DNA from: Pristiophorus japonicus
Lineage: Eukaryota
Assembly (NCBI RefSeq): GCF_044704955.1
Contig: NC_091977.1
Coordinates: forward strand, 74,958,001-75,022,000
Length of the DNA: 64,000 nt
Direction of reading: 5' to 3'
Below, one piece after another: positions 62,810 through 64,000 of this stretch. The position numbers and the translations under genes were made by a program. The notes under the pieces are model-generated. The model made no database searches, was not told where the DNA came from, and saw nothing but the letters and a program-made list of their open reading frames with translations. How positions within the stretch are numbered: position 1 is the stretch's first letter; every line of letters begins with the position of its first letter.

Positions 62810-63803
62810 GGGCCCAAGTTTCCACACGATAAAAAACGGGCGCCCCTCCGAGCTGGGCGCCCGTTTTTCGCGCCTAAAACGGCGCCTAAAAAAAACCTCG
62901 CAATTCTGGAGCGTTCTGCAGCTCCTTGTCTGCCTGGCGCGGTGCCCAGGGGGGCGGAGCCTACACTCGCGCCAATTTTGTAAGTGGGAGGGGGCGGGTA
63001 CTATTTAAATTAGTTTTTTTCCTGCCGGCAACGCTGCGCGTGCGCGTTGGAGCGTTCGCGCATGCTCAGTGTGAAAAAACATTGGCACTCGGCCGTTTTT
63101 GTAGTTCTTTGTAGCTGTTTAATTTTTGAACATTTTTTAATAAAAGCACATTGCCATCAGCACATCAGCACTTGCAGCCTTCTCACTGTCTCCTTCCCCC
63201 CGCCCCCCCGCGGGAACGAAACGGCTGTTTAATTCCCCCCCCCTCCCCCCCCGCGGGAACGAAGCGGCTGTTCCCTTCTCCTCCCCCTCCCCCCCCGCGG
63301 GAACGAACGCCTGCAGCATTCTCTGTGCCTGAAGCACTTTCACACAGGTAGGAAGATGATTTATTTAATCTTTTCTTTGCTTATAAATGTTTATTCAGAT
63401 TAATTTGTATAATATTTGTAGAAGTATAAATAAGGATTTATTGTAGAATTTAATGAGTTCCCTTCTCCCCCCCTCCCCCCCCCCACCTCGTTCTGGACAC
63501 CTAATTTGTAACTTGCGCCTGATTATTTAATGTGTAGAACAGGTTTTTTCAGTTCTACAAAAATCTTCACTTGCTCCATTCTAACTTAGTTTGGAGTACA
63601 TTTTCACTGTGGAAACTTTGAAATCAGGCGTCAGTGGCCGGACACGCCCCCTTTTGAAGAAAAAATTCTGTTCCAAAGTAGAACTATTCTACCTGACTAG
63701 AACTGCAGAAAAAAAAATGTGGAGATTTGCGATTTCTAAGATAGTCCGTTCTCCACCAGTTGCTCCTAAAAATCAGGCACAAATCATGTGGAAACTTGGG
63801 CCC
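62810..63803. mobile_element. Harbinger-type MITE with well-preserved TIRs
   Basis: GGGCCCAAGTTTCCACA.GAT / ATC.TGTGGAAACTTGGGCCC with a 3 bp TSD AAT. Internal CCCCCGCGGGAACGAA occurs three times at ~63205-63308. Confidence 0.9.
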
Positions 63804-64000
63804 AATGAGAGTACAAAGACCTGTGAAAACATATTCAATTACAACGAGAAGAATCAATAGAGCTGTTTATCCTTCACATGATGTATTTATTTGAAAAGGA
63901 TTTGAAGTCTGACAGTACAATATTGGTAGTACACAATAGTCTGCATCACCAGGAACAAAAGATCTGTTTTATTACGTAAATTGCATGCTACAGAATTAAT

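Overview
Eukaryotic, repeat-dominated window. The CR1, RTE, Harbinger and Gypsy families suggest a cartilaginous fish (shark-like) genome; this is an inference. I found no convincing host protein-coding exon, tRNA, rRNA or CRISPR array. Most of the sequence is nested transposable elements: CR1 LINEs, RTE LINEs with (GAT)n tails, two Ty3/Gypsy LTR elements, several PIF/Harbinger derivatives and MITEs, and a solo LTR carrying a Tx1/L1-like 3' fragment. The stand-out feature is an ~8 kb endogenous retrovirus-like provirus at 54733-62691. It has a CAGG TSD, TG..CA LTRs, a tRNA-Arg PBS and a PPT. It carries a gag with a CCHC knuckle joined to a protease by an in-frame UGA-CUAG readthrough-type junction, and RT/RNaseH/IN appear deleted. 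Its envelope looks like a class I F-type fusion protein (paramyxo/pneumo F, baculovirus F, errantivirus Env type) rather than a typical retroviral SU/TM. It also has a possible small accessory membrane ORF and an unusually long 1.64 kb LTR. Also notable: a ~395 bp direct duplication flanking an RTE insertion, and a pol-less gag-pro LTR element with an unrecognised tail. All family assignments come from motif recognition by eye, not database searches.
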